A stretch of DNA of 64,000 nucleotides from Macrostomum lignano (lineage: Eukaryota): NCBI GenBank assembly GCA_002269645.1, contig NIVC01002657.1, forward strand, positions 62,001-126,000. Reading direction: 5' to 3'. Of the stretch, positions 33,431-49,904 are shown one piece after another (position 1 is the stretch's first letter; each line of letters opens with the position of its first letter). Position numbers and translations under genes: made by a program. The notes under the pieces were generated by a model. That model had not been told where the DNA came from, ran no database searches, and saw nothing but the letters and a program-made list of their open reading frames with translations.

Positions 33431-36400
33431 GGGAGAGACCAGAGTTTAGCAATATATGTTTTAGAGTCAGACAGACATTGCCTGACATTCTGCGCAGTAC
33501 CCCAGCCAACAATGTCTCAAACCTTAATTTTACACGAATGTGCTCCATTTTATGTCTACCTCTATCCTACTAACTATTAACAAGTTTTTGTTTGTGTATG
33601 GCCTTAGATTTCAGAATACATGCAAAAGTAGTTCCGGGGATTGAAATTCCCCGGGTTCAAAATCCGCGGGTTTTAACAGCTTGTTTGTTAATAAATTTTA
33701 ATTGATAGATATATATATCTATTCATTTTTCCTTTTTTGTCAGCTATTCAGGATTGGTCATTTCTGACTAAATCAAAAGGCATTGGAAAGAGTCATGGCT
33801 GTAAACGTCTAGCAACATCATCAAGTGCATCTGAGCAACCTCCATCAAAGCAACAGTGCCATTCCATTGATGAACACTATTGTTTATCTTGTCTTGAAGA
33901 AGGCAAAGCCATTGCGAATTGCAAGATTTACCGAGGAAATCTTTCTTCCCAACAGCGACATGCCAAAAATCACCATGCTCAGAGCAAAAAGCCTACTAAG
34001 TTTGCTCGACCTGACAATCCTATTGTTCAGCAGCTTCTGAAGACTAGGCAGGCAGGAGCAGATGTATTGACAGAGCAATTAGCCACTGCTGCTGTTGCTT
34101 CTACTGTTGGTGCTACTAGTGCTATGGCTACTGCTACTGATATTCCTGGTGCTACCACCATTCTTCTATCAAGTGGGACTAGAGAAGATACTGAAGATAG
34201 CCCTGGTATCAGCAGTGTTTCATTGGCAACTACCTCAGCCAGGACTACATTGCTCTGTCAAGTAAGTTATACTGTATGAAGTGTATTCTATAGGATATTA
34301 GAGTTTTATACTCAATATGTTATTTAATTCATAGAACCTTATTTGGCAATAGCAGTATGCATACACTTTATGGGGGAAAATTCAGGAGTTAATAAAAGCT
34401 ATATATTACTATCATACATTATAAGTTTATATTTTTGATGTTGAAGCACAGTTTTTATGTAAAGTTTATGTATTCCCAATTCCCATACAGCCACTAGGTG
34501 CATCAGCATCATCTACTGGTCTGCTTGCTACTAGTTGTGCATCAGCTTCTCCCTTGGTCATTCAGCTGTCAGATGCAGAAGTGTCATGTAAGTCATTAAC
34601 TATAGTGGCACCATAATGCAAGGAGCCAGAAGTATTATCAGACTTCTTAAAGTTGCCTTTTATATAACATGCAGGTGCAGCTGCCATGCAGTCTACACCC
34701 GCCATCTCAGCACGACCTGTGATTCCACCTGCCTGTTGTCAAGCCGTTGCACCTCTGGCTGCCATTACTCAACAGCTAACGAGCCATTCAGATCAGCTCT
34801 GTACTATCGTAAAAGCTTTACAAGGTCTGAAGCTAGCTTCATCCGGCCATACCCCTACAGAGCAAACGAAGTCACAGCTACCAACTGATAATCTTCACGA
34901 TGCTATGTCTAAGGCCAGATCTGTGCCTGAGCTCCTGGAATCGCCACTCTTGGCTATAGCACCGTGTGGTGAAGATCACATAGTCTATTGTGTCCCATGT
35001 TTCGAGCGCACAAAAAAGATTCGTCTCTTGCCTTCGAGTTATTCTGTGGCCGATATCTTTCGTCATCTGTGAGCTTCAATTGTACTATTATATTTATTAG
35101 CATATGGTATGCTTTGAACTAACCTAAATAAGTTCTTTATGTAACGAGACGTCTTGTATTCCCACATATTTGAAGACAGCCAACAGCAACTGTTACTGAA
35201 GAGTCCACAATGGCCAAGAGCAAATCCAGCAGGAAAGGGTCACTTGCCACTGGCCTATTGGTAACTGCCAAAACAATGCAGAAATACTACGACAACCATG
35301 CGGAGTTCTGCAAATTTCGCTATACTGTTACCACTGGTCATCTTTCTGGAGCATCTGGTGTAGAACACCAGAAGGCTATTGCTGAAAAGCAAGTGGACCA
35401 GAAGCGCCAGTGTCGTAACGAGAAGGTTGTAAAAAATCTGCTTCGATCTGCTGCCTTTGTCATCGAGGCGGCCGCCGCTGGTGTCCATTACGAGAATTTA
35501 ATGGCCTTTCTAAGCGAATGTGACACCAACATTGGCAACATTGGTCATGGCGAGTGAGTTCCTATTTACTATAATATTGAACTTAGTCATGTGGTAACAT
35601 ACTGCTATATAGGTACCTAGATTTGCTTAACATAACTGTAATATAACTTAACATCACCCATCACTTAGGCATTTCGGAAAGGAGCTTTGGCAGCTTCTGC
35701 AATTCTGCATCGACAGCGATGCACGAAAATTCTTTCGGCAGCCTCTTCCATCAACTGGTTTGCCACCACTTTTGACCATCACTTGCGACAAAAGTACGCC
35801 TTCGCGTACGACCAACCAGGCGACTCTCATTCTGGCCAGAGATGAGTCGGGAGTAGCCTTGGCAATCCCTGCAGGTGCTCCGCCAGTCTACGACAACCGC
35901 ATGGATGCTGGTGGCGAGGCATTGGCAAGCCTTGTTCTGACGACACTGCGAAACTTGGACCCACCAACACGAAACATTGTTGGCTTCGTTGCAGATGGGC
36001 AATACGCACAAAATGAGCCGTTTATTTGGGGCATCCGGCAGGAGCTCAGCATCGCACCCAACGATGACGAACTCTTGCCAGTTTGCTGGGATGCGGCACA
36101 TTTTCTGAATTTGACTGTCGAAGATGTACGCAATTGGCAGGAGCTGAAATTTTTTGCTCGTTTCATCAAGCGGGCAAACAGATTCCCGAAGCTTTTCAGC
36201 CGCGGCAAAGGCTTCGCCATTTTGGACACTGCAATGAAGGAACAGGGTGGCGCAAGATCAATTTCGGCATTCGCGTCGCAGCGCTTCCTTAGCTTTGCCA
36301 TGCTAATGTGGGATGCGATTGAATCTGTGTACGGGGTAAGAAAGAAATTTCGCATACATGTATTCAGAACCATGTTGGCACCCAACCCAATAGTTCTTAT

Positions 36401-37611
36401 CAAACTCTAACATCCTTAAATAGGAGCTTCACAGTGCATTTCGAGAGACGCATTCAGACTGCACAAGCAATGAGACATTGCAGTATGAGCTTTTCGGCTG
36501 CGACTTCTTCTTTGACCTGCTAGCCCTACTTGATCTTCTTGGGCCCATCCGACAGTTGATGGAAGTTGTGCAGGACCTCCAACAGCCACACTGGAAGCTT
36601 CATCTGCTTTGGGCTAAAGTCGCTGACTTCCTGAACCGCCGTGCGACCGAATTCAATGTGAAGGACTACCCACGTCTGAAGGACTGTTATGAATCCATTG
36701 TTCCAGGCGGCTCATACCGAGGTGCGCGTCTGCTAGATGGATGGCTTGTGGACGACGAAGACGCAGCTAGTGACAAGGTTCGATGGATTGCTCGGGACCG
36801 CTCAGACATCCAAGCAGACTTCATACGACTTGCAGCAGCACTCCATGATAGTCTCGCTGCCCGAGTTGCTAAGGCCACTGGACGCTCAGCTATTGCTGCT
36901 GGTGACGCGGCAGTCATGGATGTTGCTTCCATCATTTCTCTTCTGGCAGATGACGATGTTGAAGTCAGCATTGAGCGTTGGACCAACTCTAATGCAGTGC
37001 ATGCGTTTGTGGCTCAAGCATCGCGGCACAAGTTCTTTGGTGTCAATGCATTGTTGGCACGAAAGTATTTAGCGGACTATGTTGCTGCAATTCGTTGTGC
37101 TTTCATGACAGGCGAGGGTCGCGAAACTTGGCTGTCGCCTAGTGTTACTGGGCCAATCGTGCAATTTGCTGTAGCTGCTGAGACTGAATCCACCAGATGC
37201 AACTTTTGTCTTCAACTTGACATCACTACTGAATCAGGCAATCACGTCAAGACATGCCTCAACGACGTCGCTATCTATACAGCGTTCTACAATGACCCAC
37301 GGTTGTATCGAGTTGCCGGCCAGGAAGTGTGTCGGCTGCTGGATTTCGCTCTACACTGTGGCAGTACAGGTAATTACTTTGCACCTTGTGACCTTCATAT
37401 ATTTGATTTTGGATAGATTTATCTAGTGACTAGTGTAGAATTTTGGTGAATACACTTAATGCAGAAATGCTACCTCATTATTCTAGTTGTTATTAAAATT
37501 ATTAACATTCAACTTTCAGAGGCTGTTGTAGAAAGCTTCTATGCCATAATGCATTCTCAACAGCAGCATGGAGGCCAGAGCAATTCGACCTTGGAGCTTC
37601 AGTCCAGGCTA

Positions 37612-37783
37612 CATGCTTGGACGCAACCTTGGGATTCACTCGGCCATTTCTATTGGCAACACACACATGTATGTCGCTATTGGACAGAAAAGTAGTCACG
37701 TGACTGCTCTCAGCCAATAGCGACTTACATGTGTGTGTTGCCAATAGAAATGGCCGGGTGATTCCCAAGGTTGCGCACGTATA
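37612..37783. mobile_element. Palindromic MITE inserted in the last transposase exon
   Basis: Near-perfect foldback 37622-37775 centred on gtcacgtgac; target duplication ccaggcta(c) at 37604 and 37784; removal restores ELQSRL|RWMMPL. Confidence 0.9.
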
Positions 37784-39022
37784 CCAGGCTACGATGGATG
37801 ATGCCTCTAATCAGCTCACCGCAGTGTCGAAATCTTCTCTCGCAAGCCACGCCTCTTTTCTTCAAGGGCAATGCCAAGCACAAGATCAGGCCTCACCGTG
37901 GCCCTTTCTTTTATGATCTGAGAAAAAGGGCAGCCAAAAAATATGGCGTCGGAAAGGTAGTCGACTGACTCACATCAAAGGCCCTACGACTGCCATTTAT
38001 CGGTCGCTATATGGGCCATGTGGCAGAGCAGGAGCCCGAGGTCAACTACGATGATGCTTGTTCTGATGACAGCTCCGATGCCAGTGAAGAGTCCAGCGAT
38101 TCGGACATTGACTAATGAGTATTACTCATCCATTGTGTATGACTTATGTAATGCCACTTTTACCTTACCTTACCTTACCTTACCTTAGACTTACCTTAAC
38201 ATGGCACGCTGTGGCGCACAAAATCTTTTCTTCATGGCGCACAGCGCACAGTGCTCAAAAGCCATCAAAATAGTTCCGGCGCACACTGTGCAACCTTCCC
38301 GACTATGGATTGGGATCGCATCCGACCCCTATAATACACTATAAAATTTAAGTTAAAATGTGGTTACTATGTATGTAATTTAAACACTGGGTGGACAGCT
38401 GCCCTGCACATAAGCTCTCAGTTAAATTTTAGCTTAAGAAAGATTATAAATAATAAATAAAGCTAAGTAAGAGTAAGACTAAGATAAGTCTATACTACTC
38501 TCAATAATTTTGAGTGCACAAAGGAATTTATCCTAGAACTAAATGTATACAATGCATGCTAAACCAAATGCATTTCAGAAAAATTTGCATTGGTATAAAC
38601 CCCATGACCCATGTTATGAATGATAGGCTAGGCCTATGCATAATTTATTTTCATTGATATCTTTTTTGTCTCTATAATTAGTAATTCTAATACAAACAAA
38701 GAAATATAAAGATAAAAAACTTGCTCTAGCAGGTACAAGTAGTTAAGTTAGGCTAGGCCTAGTATAGTATAGATAGTAAGTCTAATAAAGGAGTTAATGA
38801 CATTAGAAAAATAAAAACAAATTTATACTGTACACTATAGGGAAAGGCATATGCATAGAAAACTTATGCACCTAAGGCTATATTACATGTATTAGGCCTA
38901 TTACATGCATTTTTTAATTATTTTTCAATTTTTCATGGGCGTATAAGTAATAGCAAAAAATAGCTATAACTAGGGCCTAACTACAAATATAAGTATAACT
39001 AGGCCTATGTAACTTAATATTA

Positions 39023-40444
39023 GGACTTCTTCAAGTTTATGTTGATAAAATAGTTTCAATTTGGATAGGATCATAATTTTGTCTCCATAAGGGTTTTTGA
39101 TGGTGCTGATTTCAAATTTGAGCTCCATTTTTAGGTAGCTTTAACCCAATTATATGTAGCTTAAAACCAACCACCGGGGCATGGGGAATGGGGGGTTTTA
39201 GGGTGGGGAGATTCTTCATGGGGATTGATTTTATCAACATAAACTTGAATAGAGGCATAGAGACCTATTCAAGATTGTGCTGATAAATTCCAATTCTAAT
39301 AGGGGGGGGGGGGGCCGGGGGTTGTAGCTTAAAACCAACCACCGGGGCATAGGGAATGGGGGTTTTAGGGTGGGGAGATTCTTCATGGGGATTGATTTTA
39401 TCAACATAAACTTGAATAGAGGCATAGAGACCTATTCAAGATTGTGTTGATAAATTCCAATTCTAATAGGGGGGGGGGGGGTTGTAGCTTAAAACCAACC
39501 ACCGGGCATGGGGAATGGGGGGTTTTAGGATGGGGAGATTCTTCATGGGGATTGATTTTATCAACATAAACTTGAATAGAGGCATTGAGACCTATTCAAG
39601 ATTGTGTTGATAAATTCCAATTCTAATAGGGGGGGGGGGGGGGGGTAGCTTAAAACCAACCACCGGGCATGGGGAATGGGGGGTTTTAGGGTGGAGATTC
39701 TTCATGGGGATTGATTTTATCAACATAAACTTGAATAGAGGCATAGAGACCTATTCAAGATTGTGTTGATAAATTCCAATTCTAATAGGGGGGGGGGGGG
39801 GGGGGTTGAAACAAGTTGGAATTTATTTGACAATGAATCTCTGTTTAATTATATCAACATTAACTTGAATCAATATAACTTTATCTAAATGAATTTGCTT
39901 ACCGAAATTAAGTGCTGTTACTGCCTTAATACAATAATTAGTAATCTAGCCTTGTATAGTAGTTGGTTTTGAGGTGCGAAATACAAGTGCGAGTTTTGAA
40001 TGTTGCTTTGGCTCGGTGCAATGAAAGTGCAAGTGCAAAGATTGTGCACGTTGTGACGTGGCAGTTTTTAAAAAAAAGCACACAGTGACGTGGCACTGTC
40101 TATGCATTATAACTAAATTGAAAAACTATAATCCCATTTGCATATTAATTTGTAGATATTAGTATTCATCTTTAATTGGCCTAATGAAGTTTTAGCACAT
40201 GTGCCATAAAATTAAAAGTCAAGTGGATACACTTTCAAAAATGTATTTGTAGAAACTTTTTCTCACCGAACCTCATTAAGAGAATAGGGAATCAAGTAAA
40301 TTGTCATTGCATCAACCGTACAGGTAACTTCCTACACTTTTTTTTGCATTTTTGTAATTTTGGATCCCCCATAAGTCTCCACCACAAGTTTCAGAAAAAT
40401 CGAAAAATCGGAAGTATTTTATCAACATAAACTTGAAGAAGTCC
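39023..40444. mobile_element. Non-autonomous TIR element (1422 bp) with four internal tandem units of about 163 bp
   Basis: Perfect 30-bp TIR ggacttcttcaagtttatgttgataaaata (39023-39052 / 40415-40444); both flanks read taatatta (palindromic, so TSD versus TIR is ambiguous); units start at 39156, 39324, 39484 and 39645. Confidence 0.88.
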
Positions 40445-41124
40445 TAATATTAAAATGAGTCAAACAGCTCGAAACTATTTGACACAATAAATAAGCAAAC
40501 ACGGGCACTCACAGTCATAAGAGCTGCAGGCTGCCGAGGGGGTGGCAGAAAAATTCAGCATTGGAAGATCTTGTTGTCCGGTCGATCTGATTTCATCGCG
40601 AGCTCTGAATCGAGCGCGTAGCTTTTCGGCCGTTCAAAACAGTGCCGTTCCTGACGATTTAAACAAACTCAGGCGAAGATCTAGGATGCCGATAAAAGGG
40701 GAGCTCCGTCTGCTGAGTTCCTCAGGCTCAGGGGGAGGGTAGCTGTGGTCGCGGCTGAGCGGTCTAGTTTTTCCGTCAATCTGGCACCGATGAAATCGGG
40801 TGAAAAGGTACAACTTTCTTACGATAAGATCGGACAGTATAGCATGTCGACTGCCATCACGACATGATTTTCTCTAGATTAAAAGTGGAATATATAGCTT
40901 CCTATAGGCCCTCTGAATGCAAAAATCGTCGCCGATACGGGGAGACAAAATAAACTAATTTATCGAATTTTTTACTGTGAATAGTAGTTTGCTGAAACCG
41001 TAACCCAGTAAAAAAGGGTTTTTGAATTCTTCAATTTTTCAATTTGAATTGAAGTTAGAATTGAATTCGATTGGAATCTGATCGGAATTTAATCGGCAGT
41101 CGTTGCGACCCGGCGGAACGGTAA

Positions 41125-41581
41125 CCGGTCGTTTCGCCCAAAAACTGTTTCGGCCATGGACATTTCGCCCCCAGACCATTTCGCCCACAGACGTTTCGCC
41201 CACAGACCGTTTTCGGCCATGGACCGTTTCGCCTCCAATTCGGACCATGCAGGGTTGAAATGAACAAGTCATGAGCTGATCGAGTATGTGAAATGAGACG
41301 AAAGTGCCAAGAGCACTGACAACCAACGATAAGATTTATTATAAGCGAGGTTCAATAAGTAGCCACCCCCACTTCCAGGGCTAAAACACCAACAATCTGC
41401 ATGACCTATACTCAATATTACAAATTAAAACTAAAAATTAGCATTGAAAAAAATAAAGATATATGCATTTCTGTGTCTCTAAAATACATAATGACCATTT
41501 TGGCCGAAACGCCTGCATTGCCGAACTGGTTTATGGGCGAAACAGATTATGGGCGAAATGGTCTGGGGGCGAAACAAACGG
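41125..41581. mobile_element. MITE-like element with reiterated tttcgccc / gggcgaaa subterminal motifs
   Basis: Left ccggtcgtttcgccc plus about 6 tttcg(g)cc copies; right inverted gggcgaaa copies ending gggcgaaacaaacgg; TSD not clear. Confidence 0.75.
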
Positions 41582-43043
41582 AATTCGGCGGAGATTCGAC
41601 AGTGCGATTTTCCGGTTTAAGCGAGCAAACTCAACCCAGGCAGCAATTCCAAAGTTTCAAAACCGCTTCCACATTGGTGTCAGCAACCGACGACAAAATC
41701 GTGTGTCCCAAATTGCCCCCACCTTCGATCATTCCGTTATCTTGGTGAAAGCGTTAGCGTTAAAACAAAAAATCGTAAGCTATTTTTAACTCTTAATTTT
41801 GTTAAGTTGATTAAAAATTAATTGATACATGTAATTGTTAATAAGCCTTAATTAGTCAGCGTTGACACAGAAAATACAGGAATTTTTGCCTTTCTCAGAA
41901 AACAGACTTCAAAATAATGCAGGTCTTTAAGGCTTTTCTATCTTTTCAGCCGACAAAGATCAGGGTCATTCTAAGCCATTCAGCGATAAAAGAGTGAAAA
42001 ATAATAAGTAAAAACTTGTATGCAAAAATTACTAACTGAATGTAAGCATAAGGTAAAAAAAATAAGTAACTTATTTATTTGAAACTTGAAATAATGAATT
42101 AAAATACGACAGAAAGGTAAATGTACGTTGTTTCAAATCAGCAGAAAGTTACGAGAGATTAGAAAGAAGTGAACCAAAAGCGATGCTCACGTGGGAGCAA
42201 TATTTAAAATTTATAATTTTATTAATAAGTAAGAAGTTGTTACATGTACACTTGTACGTATCATACATGTATTTATGATCTATCATTGTAAACAAAAAGA
42301 TTAATCAGGTACTTTATACATATACATAATGCAGGTAAGTAACTTTATTCAGACTAAATATGTATTTTTCCCTTTCTTTTGATGGACTTTTTGGTCTCTC
42401 GTTGGCAGTCATTCTCGTAACGATTGTTTTTCGATAACCGACAAAATTGTTAAAGCAAATTTGTTAATCTTCCTTAAGCAAAAAAATCTTAATAACGACA
42501 GTCACGATCCGTTCACGTTGATGAAAAATCTTAACGCTATATGATTTCTGGATATGATTATTACTGTAATTAACGGATCACGCTGGTACCCAACAGGCCA
42601 ACACTGCACGCATTATATCTATGAATTAACAATGGGGGCATCTGGTACATCGACGGGAATACAAAAATTTCTATACCCTCTCCAAACGTCTGTTTGAAAT
42701 TGAACTGGGGTTTAAAATTCAGAAATGCATGTAATGGAGCATGCATGTAAATCAAGAACACATGATGCACAATAAGAATTTAATTCCTGCGAGTCTTTTT
42801 ACATTTTTTTATATTTTCCTGAGCTTCTGTACCTGCTGATTCGCCAGTGCTCCGGCTGCTCCACTACAGCATTGTCCGTCCATCAGATACTCTGTCCTTG
42901 AGCTCATATCTCATGTCTGTCTGTCCGTCGCAGGAGCTGCGTGACGGAGCCCCGTGACAGGCTGTGCACTCGACGCTTGCATGTGTAATGGGCCTCAATA
43001 ATTTCTACAAAGTAAAGTAATTGCATTTTAAAAATACTACTGT

Positions 43044-43603
43044 TGTTATATTACGCGAATAATAAATTTCTGATATTCAATATATTCTGTATATTATGTA
43101 TTTTCGTGTTTTGTTTTAAATAGTAGGAAAAATTTTACTATAAAAGGAAGTCAGTTGAAGGCCAGGAAAAAACCTTGTTTGAAACTTGTTCTAGTAGTTC
43201 AGCTTTTCAAAACTGAAAGATTGGGAGAATTCAATCCGTGTTTAGAGAACGAGATATTCAGATTTAGAATCGGAAGAAATCGCCTTAGAAGGCAGAAATC
43301 CTACCACAGGGTAGAATGGCCCAGACTCAGGAGTCTGAGAAACCCACCTCAGGGCAGAATACTCAGCAAGTAAGCTGTTACCCCTCTGATCCCGGGAACG
43401 CCCAGGACTGAGAGAAAAAAAATTAAATTTCTTAGAGGAGTCTAGGGATAGAGTACACAGTGCCATCGGACCGCTCAGGCCATGCAGAAGTATAGTAGTA
43501 CATACATACACGCTACCAGTAGATAAATTCATGCTCTACCAGTAACATATGCATATAGGAAATAATCAATAAAAGTAACAGCATGATAGGAACCATAGAA
43601 ACA
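43044..43603 (+). mobile_element. Probable 5' LTR with tRNA-Leu PBS (43608-43628), internal region truncated
   Basis: TGTT...AACA ends (start tentative); ctataaaag near 43138; aataaa at about 43568; tggtggctaaacggtgggatt after a 4-nt spacer, plus degenerate reiterations near 43658 and 43700. Confidence 0.55.
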
Positions 43604-44129
43604 ACTTTGGTGGCTAAACGGTGGGATTAAATAGAGAGAAGTTTAGCCCTCCAACAACTTAGTGGCAGCTTTAGGAAATTTACAGAGTAGGAATTAGAAA
43701 AAGTAGCCCTACAACCCATGCCTTGAGGTCCCCTGCCCTGCTGCCTCCACGTGGACCAGAAGGTCTTCAGGCTCATCAGGTTGCAGCTGGCGCGGAGACT
43801 TGAAAAAATCAGAGGAGACCAAGCGCATTTTCGCCGAAATACAGAGCAGAGCCACCCCTCCGCCTCCTCCTAGCGTCCTTGGGTCTTTACCCTCCAGAAT
43901 CCACACCCCCTCAACAAATGTCTGGTTGCGCGACTGATTTTATAACCAGCATGAACAGTGTGCATTTCACTAAATTACAAATGATCATTACATATATTCG
44001 ACCTACACCTATGAGCAACATCAGAAACACAAACTTTATCCACGGGTCTGTTATTACCCTTCTCCTTTATTCCCTCACATCTCCTTTCTCCTATCTCCCT
44101 TCCTGTCTTCTCTATACTCTCTCCGGGGT

Positions 44130-44690
44130 CGCCATCACAAACCCGAAAAATCATAACTCCGAAAAACAAAATAGCAACGCCAATCATAAACCAGAAATAT
44201 CACAAATCATCATAACCTTATGATATCATCATAACTCTGAAATCGATAGCAACGCACATCATCAACCCGAAATATCATAACTCCGAAATCGATAGCAACG
44301 CACATCATCAACCCGAAATACCACAAACCCGAAATATCACAAACCCGAAATATCACAGACCCGAAATATCATAACTCCGAAATCGATAGCAACGCACATC
44401 ATCAACCCGAAATACCACAAACCCGAAATATCACAAACCCGAAATATCACAGACCCGAAATATCACAAACCCGAAATATCACAGACCCGAAATATCATAA
44501 CTCCGAAATCGATAGCAACGCACATCATCAACCCGAAATATCACAAACCCGAAGTATCACAAGCCCAAAATATCATAACTCCGAAAACCAAAATAGTGTT
44601 GGACATTGCTAGCAATTACGGAGTTATGATATTTCGGGTTTATGATAGAGAGCGCTTTTTGGAGTTGTGATTATTCGGGTTTGGATACAT
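44130..44690. repeat. Array of acccgaaatatcacaa / tcataactccgaa units with inverted copies at the right end (MITE-like)
   Basis: Many direct units in 44135-44590; inverted units gagttatgatatttcgggt and gagttgtgattattcgggttt at 44620-44685. Confidence 0.8.
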
Positions 44691-44852
44691 CATTTGGAAC
44701 TATAGCTACTGCCGTACACATATACTTGGCATCTGCATCTGGACCTAACAAGGTGCTAGTGTAATATCTCTGGTATATACATACAGGTACATATTATAGT
44801 CCCCCATTCCTCCTTTATATAATGCCTCGATACGTTTTGAAATAGAAACAAT

Positions 44853-45046
44853 GGGCCTTATGCAGAAAGCTCAGTCCAGACTAGCTAGTCCGGGCTTGGG
44901 TAGTTCAGTCTATAGTATATGGTCTAGCTACCCTAGTTCTGTCTATAGTAGATCGGTCTGACTTTGCGTTTCTGCATACCAAATCCAAGTCCAGACTAGC
45001 TTTTCAAGACCGGACTACCCTAGACAGAGCTTTCTGCATACGGCCC
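44853..45046. mobile_element. PIF/Harbinger-like MITE (194 bp)
   Basis: TIR gggccttatgcagaaagctc / gagctttctgcatacggccc; 3-bp TSD AAT at 44850-44852 and 45047-45049. Confidence 0.85.
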
Positions 45047-45472
45047 AATATATTTCGCACAAACATTTTTATAGTTTGAGTGCCACTGCTTCATTCTGGA
45101 AATCTGGGGGGTGGGGGCAGGCTAGACTTAGAGTATCCGCTTCCTAGAAGCCGAGCAAACAAAGAGACTTCTCAATGATGATTTCTACGGCATATACAGC
45201 GTATGCGCCTAAGAAAGCTTTCTGTCGCATGCTGGGGCACGAAAATGAATTCAAAGAAACACGCACAGAGAAAGCAGAAAGAGTGGAGAGGCTACACGAA
45301 GGAGAGATGTTAGCCAATTGGAACAAATCCTTGTTGCTAAAGTGAAATGCTATGAAGGATCTCCTGCACTGCATAAAAATGAGAATTTTATAAAAATTAT
45401 ACTAATTCATACCGCTATGGTATTTCTCTGCTAGAGATATTGATAGTTTAAAACCAGGAAACCGCCATACAA

Positions 45473-48364
<2,892 letters not shown>

Positions 48365-48669
48365 CTTTGCACTATTCTACTCAATATAATTCAAGCCGAT
48401 AGTAGCCAGTTTAGCAAATTGTTTTCTTTTTCTGGTTGTACTTATGAGAAGCATTAAAAATGCAAAATATTTACATATTTATATTTGCCATTAATTTTGC
48501 TTTCCGATAAACAAATAAAATATTACCAGATATAAACAAACGGCTATACAATTAACGTAGCAATGCTGAGAAATTATTTAAACGGTTGAAAATGCAGTAA
48601 AGATTTGGCTTAATAAAATTCTAGCTAATAGTGCAGAGATTTTAAACAGCAGACGGGAGCCACACCTCT

Positions 48670-49447
48670 GAAGTGTCATGGTTCAGGGAGGGTGTAGAGA
48701 ACACACACCTGAAGGAGCAATGGCTCAGGGAGGGTGTAGAGAACACACACCTGAAGGAGCAATGGCTCAGGGAGGGTGTAGAGAACACACACCTGAAGGA
48801 GCAATGGCTCAGGGAGGGTGTAGAGAACACACACCTGAAGGAGCAATGGCTCAGGGAGGGTGTAGAAGACACAACTGAAGGAGCAATGGCTCAGGGAGGG
48901 TGTAGAAGACACACAACTGAATGAGCAATGGCTCAGGGAGGGTGTAGAAGACACACACCTGAATGAGCAATGGCTCAGGGAGGGTGTAGAAGACACAACT
49001 GAATAAGCAATGGCTCAGGGAGGGTGTAGAGGACACACAACTGAATAAGCAATGGCTCAGGGAGGGTGTAGAAGACACACCTGAACAACTGAATGAGCAA
49101 TGGCTCAGGGAGGGTGTAGAAGACACACACCTGAATGAGCAATGGCTCAGGGAGGGTGTAGAAGACACAACTGAATAAGCAATGGTTCAGGGAGGGTGTA
49201 GAGGACACACAACTGAATAAGCAATGGTTCAGGGAGGGTGTAGAAGACACACCTGAACAACTGAATGAGCAATGGCTCAGGGAGGGTGTAGAAGACACAA
49301 CTGAATGAGCAATGGCTCAGGGAGGGTGTAGAAGACACAACTGAATGAGCAATGGCTCAGGGAGGGTGTAGAAGACACACAACTGAATGAGCAATGGCTC
49401 AGGGAGGGTGTAGAAGACACAACTGAATGAGCAATGGCTCAGGGAGG
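48670..49447. repeat. Minisatellite of about 42 bp (gagcaatggctcagggagggtgtagaagacacacacctgaa) between two convergent genes
   Basis: About 18 variant units. Confidence 0.95.
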
Positions 49448-49469
49448 GCGGTCAGATGGGCTGACCTGA

Positions 49470-49904
49470 TCACAAAATCGAGCAACTCTCTTCAACTTCT
49501 GAATTCCACATATCTTCCAATAGTTCGCCGCCAAAGTCATTCAACACGGCCAATTTTACAACGTCAACTACAGCACTGTCGGGATTGGCTGGGTCGGACA
49601 GAGAGTTGAAATCTCTAGGCAAAGAGGCCACAACTTGTACATAGTCGCCAGTCTGCAACGCTCGCTTATAGTGCAGCACATTGGGCAGCAGGGGCACTCT
49701 CAGCCTGCCAGTGCCATCGTCCAGTACGAACAGATCGTCAGCCAGCATAGCTGAAACCCGGCCCTGCAGCCAGGCCATGCTGAACTGCAACTCTCGGCCT
49801 TCGTGTCTGACGCACCAAGTCGATTCAGAGGCTCCATTGGATAGAGTGCAACCAGACAGCAGATGGGAAATCCACAGTTTACGGACTGGCAGCATTAGCG
49901 GCAT
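49470..49904 (-). CDS. RMI2: RecQ-mediated genome instability protein 2 (OB fold), single exon, 144 aa
   Basis: AWLQGRV, LDDGTG, GDYVQVV and VKLAVL...MWNSEVEE match the RMI2 signature (WMQGxV, DxxG, GxYVMV, KMxDL, MWxxEVE). First ATG at 49904; the ORF track starts at a TTG. Confidence 0.85.
   Translation of the reverse strand: MPLMLPVRKLWISHLLSGCTLSNGASESTWCVRHEGRELQFSMAWLQGRVSAMLADDLFVLDDGTGRLRVPLLPNVLHYKRALQTGDYVQVVASLPRDFNSLSDPANPDSAVVDVVKLAVLNDFGGELLEDMWNSEVEESCSIL

Noticed and set aside
45146-45395. Exon-like GC-richer stretch upstream of the membrane-protein gene
   Set aside because: Two in-frame stops in the best frame and no recognisable motif.
48642-49338. Multiple repeat ORFs (STPSLSHC, LPEPLLIQ)
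   Set aside because: Translations of the 42-bp minisatellite.
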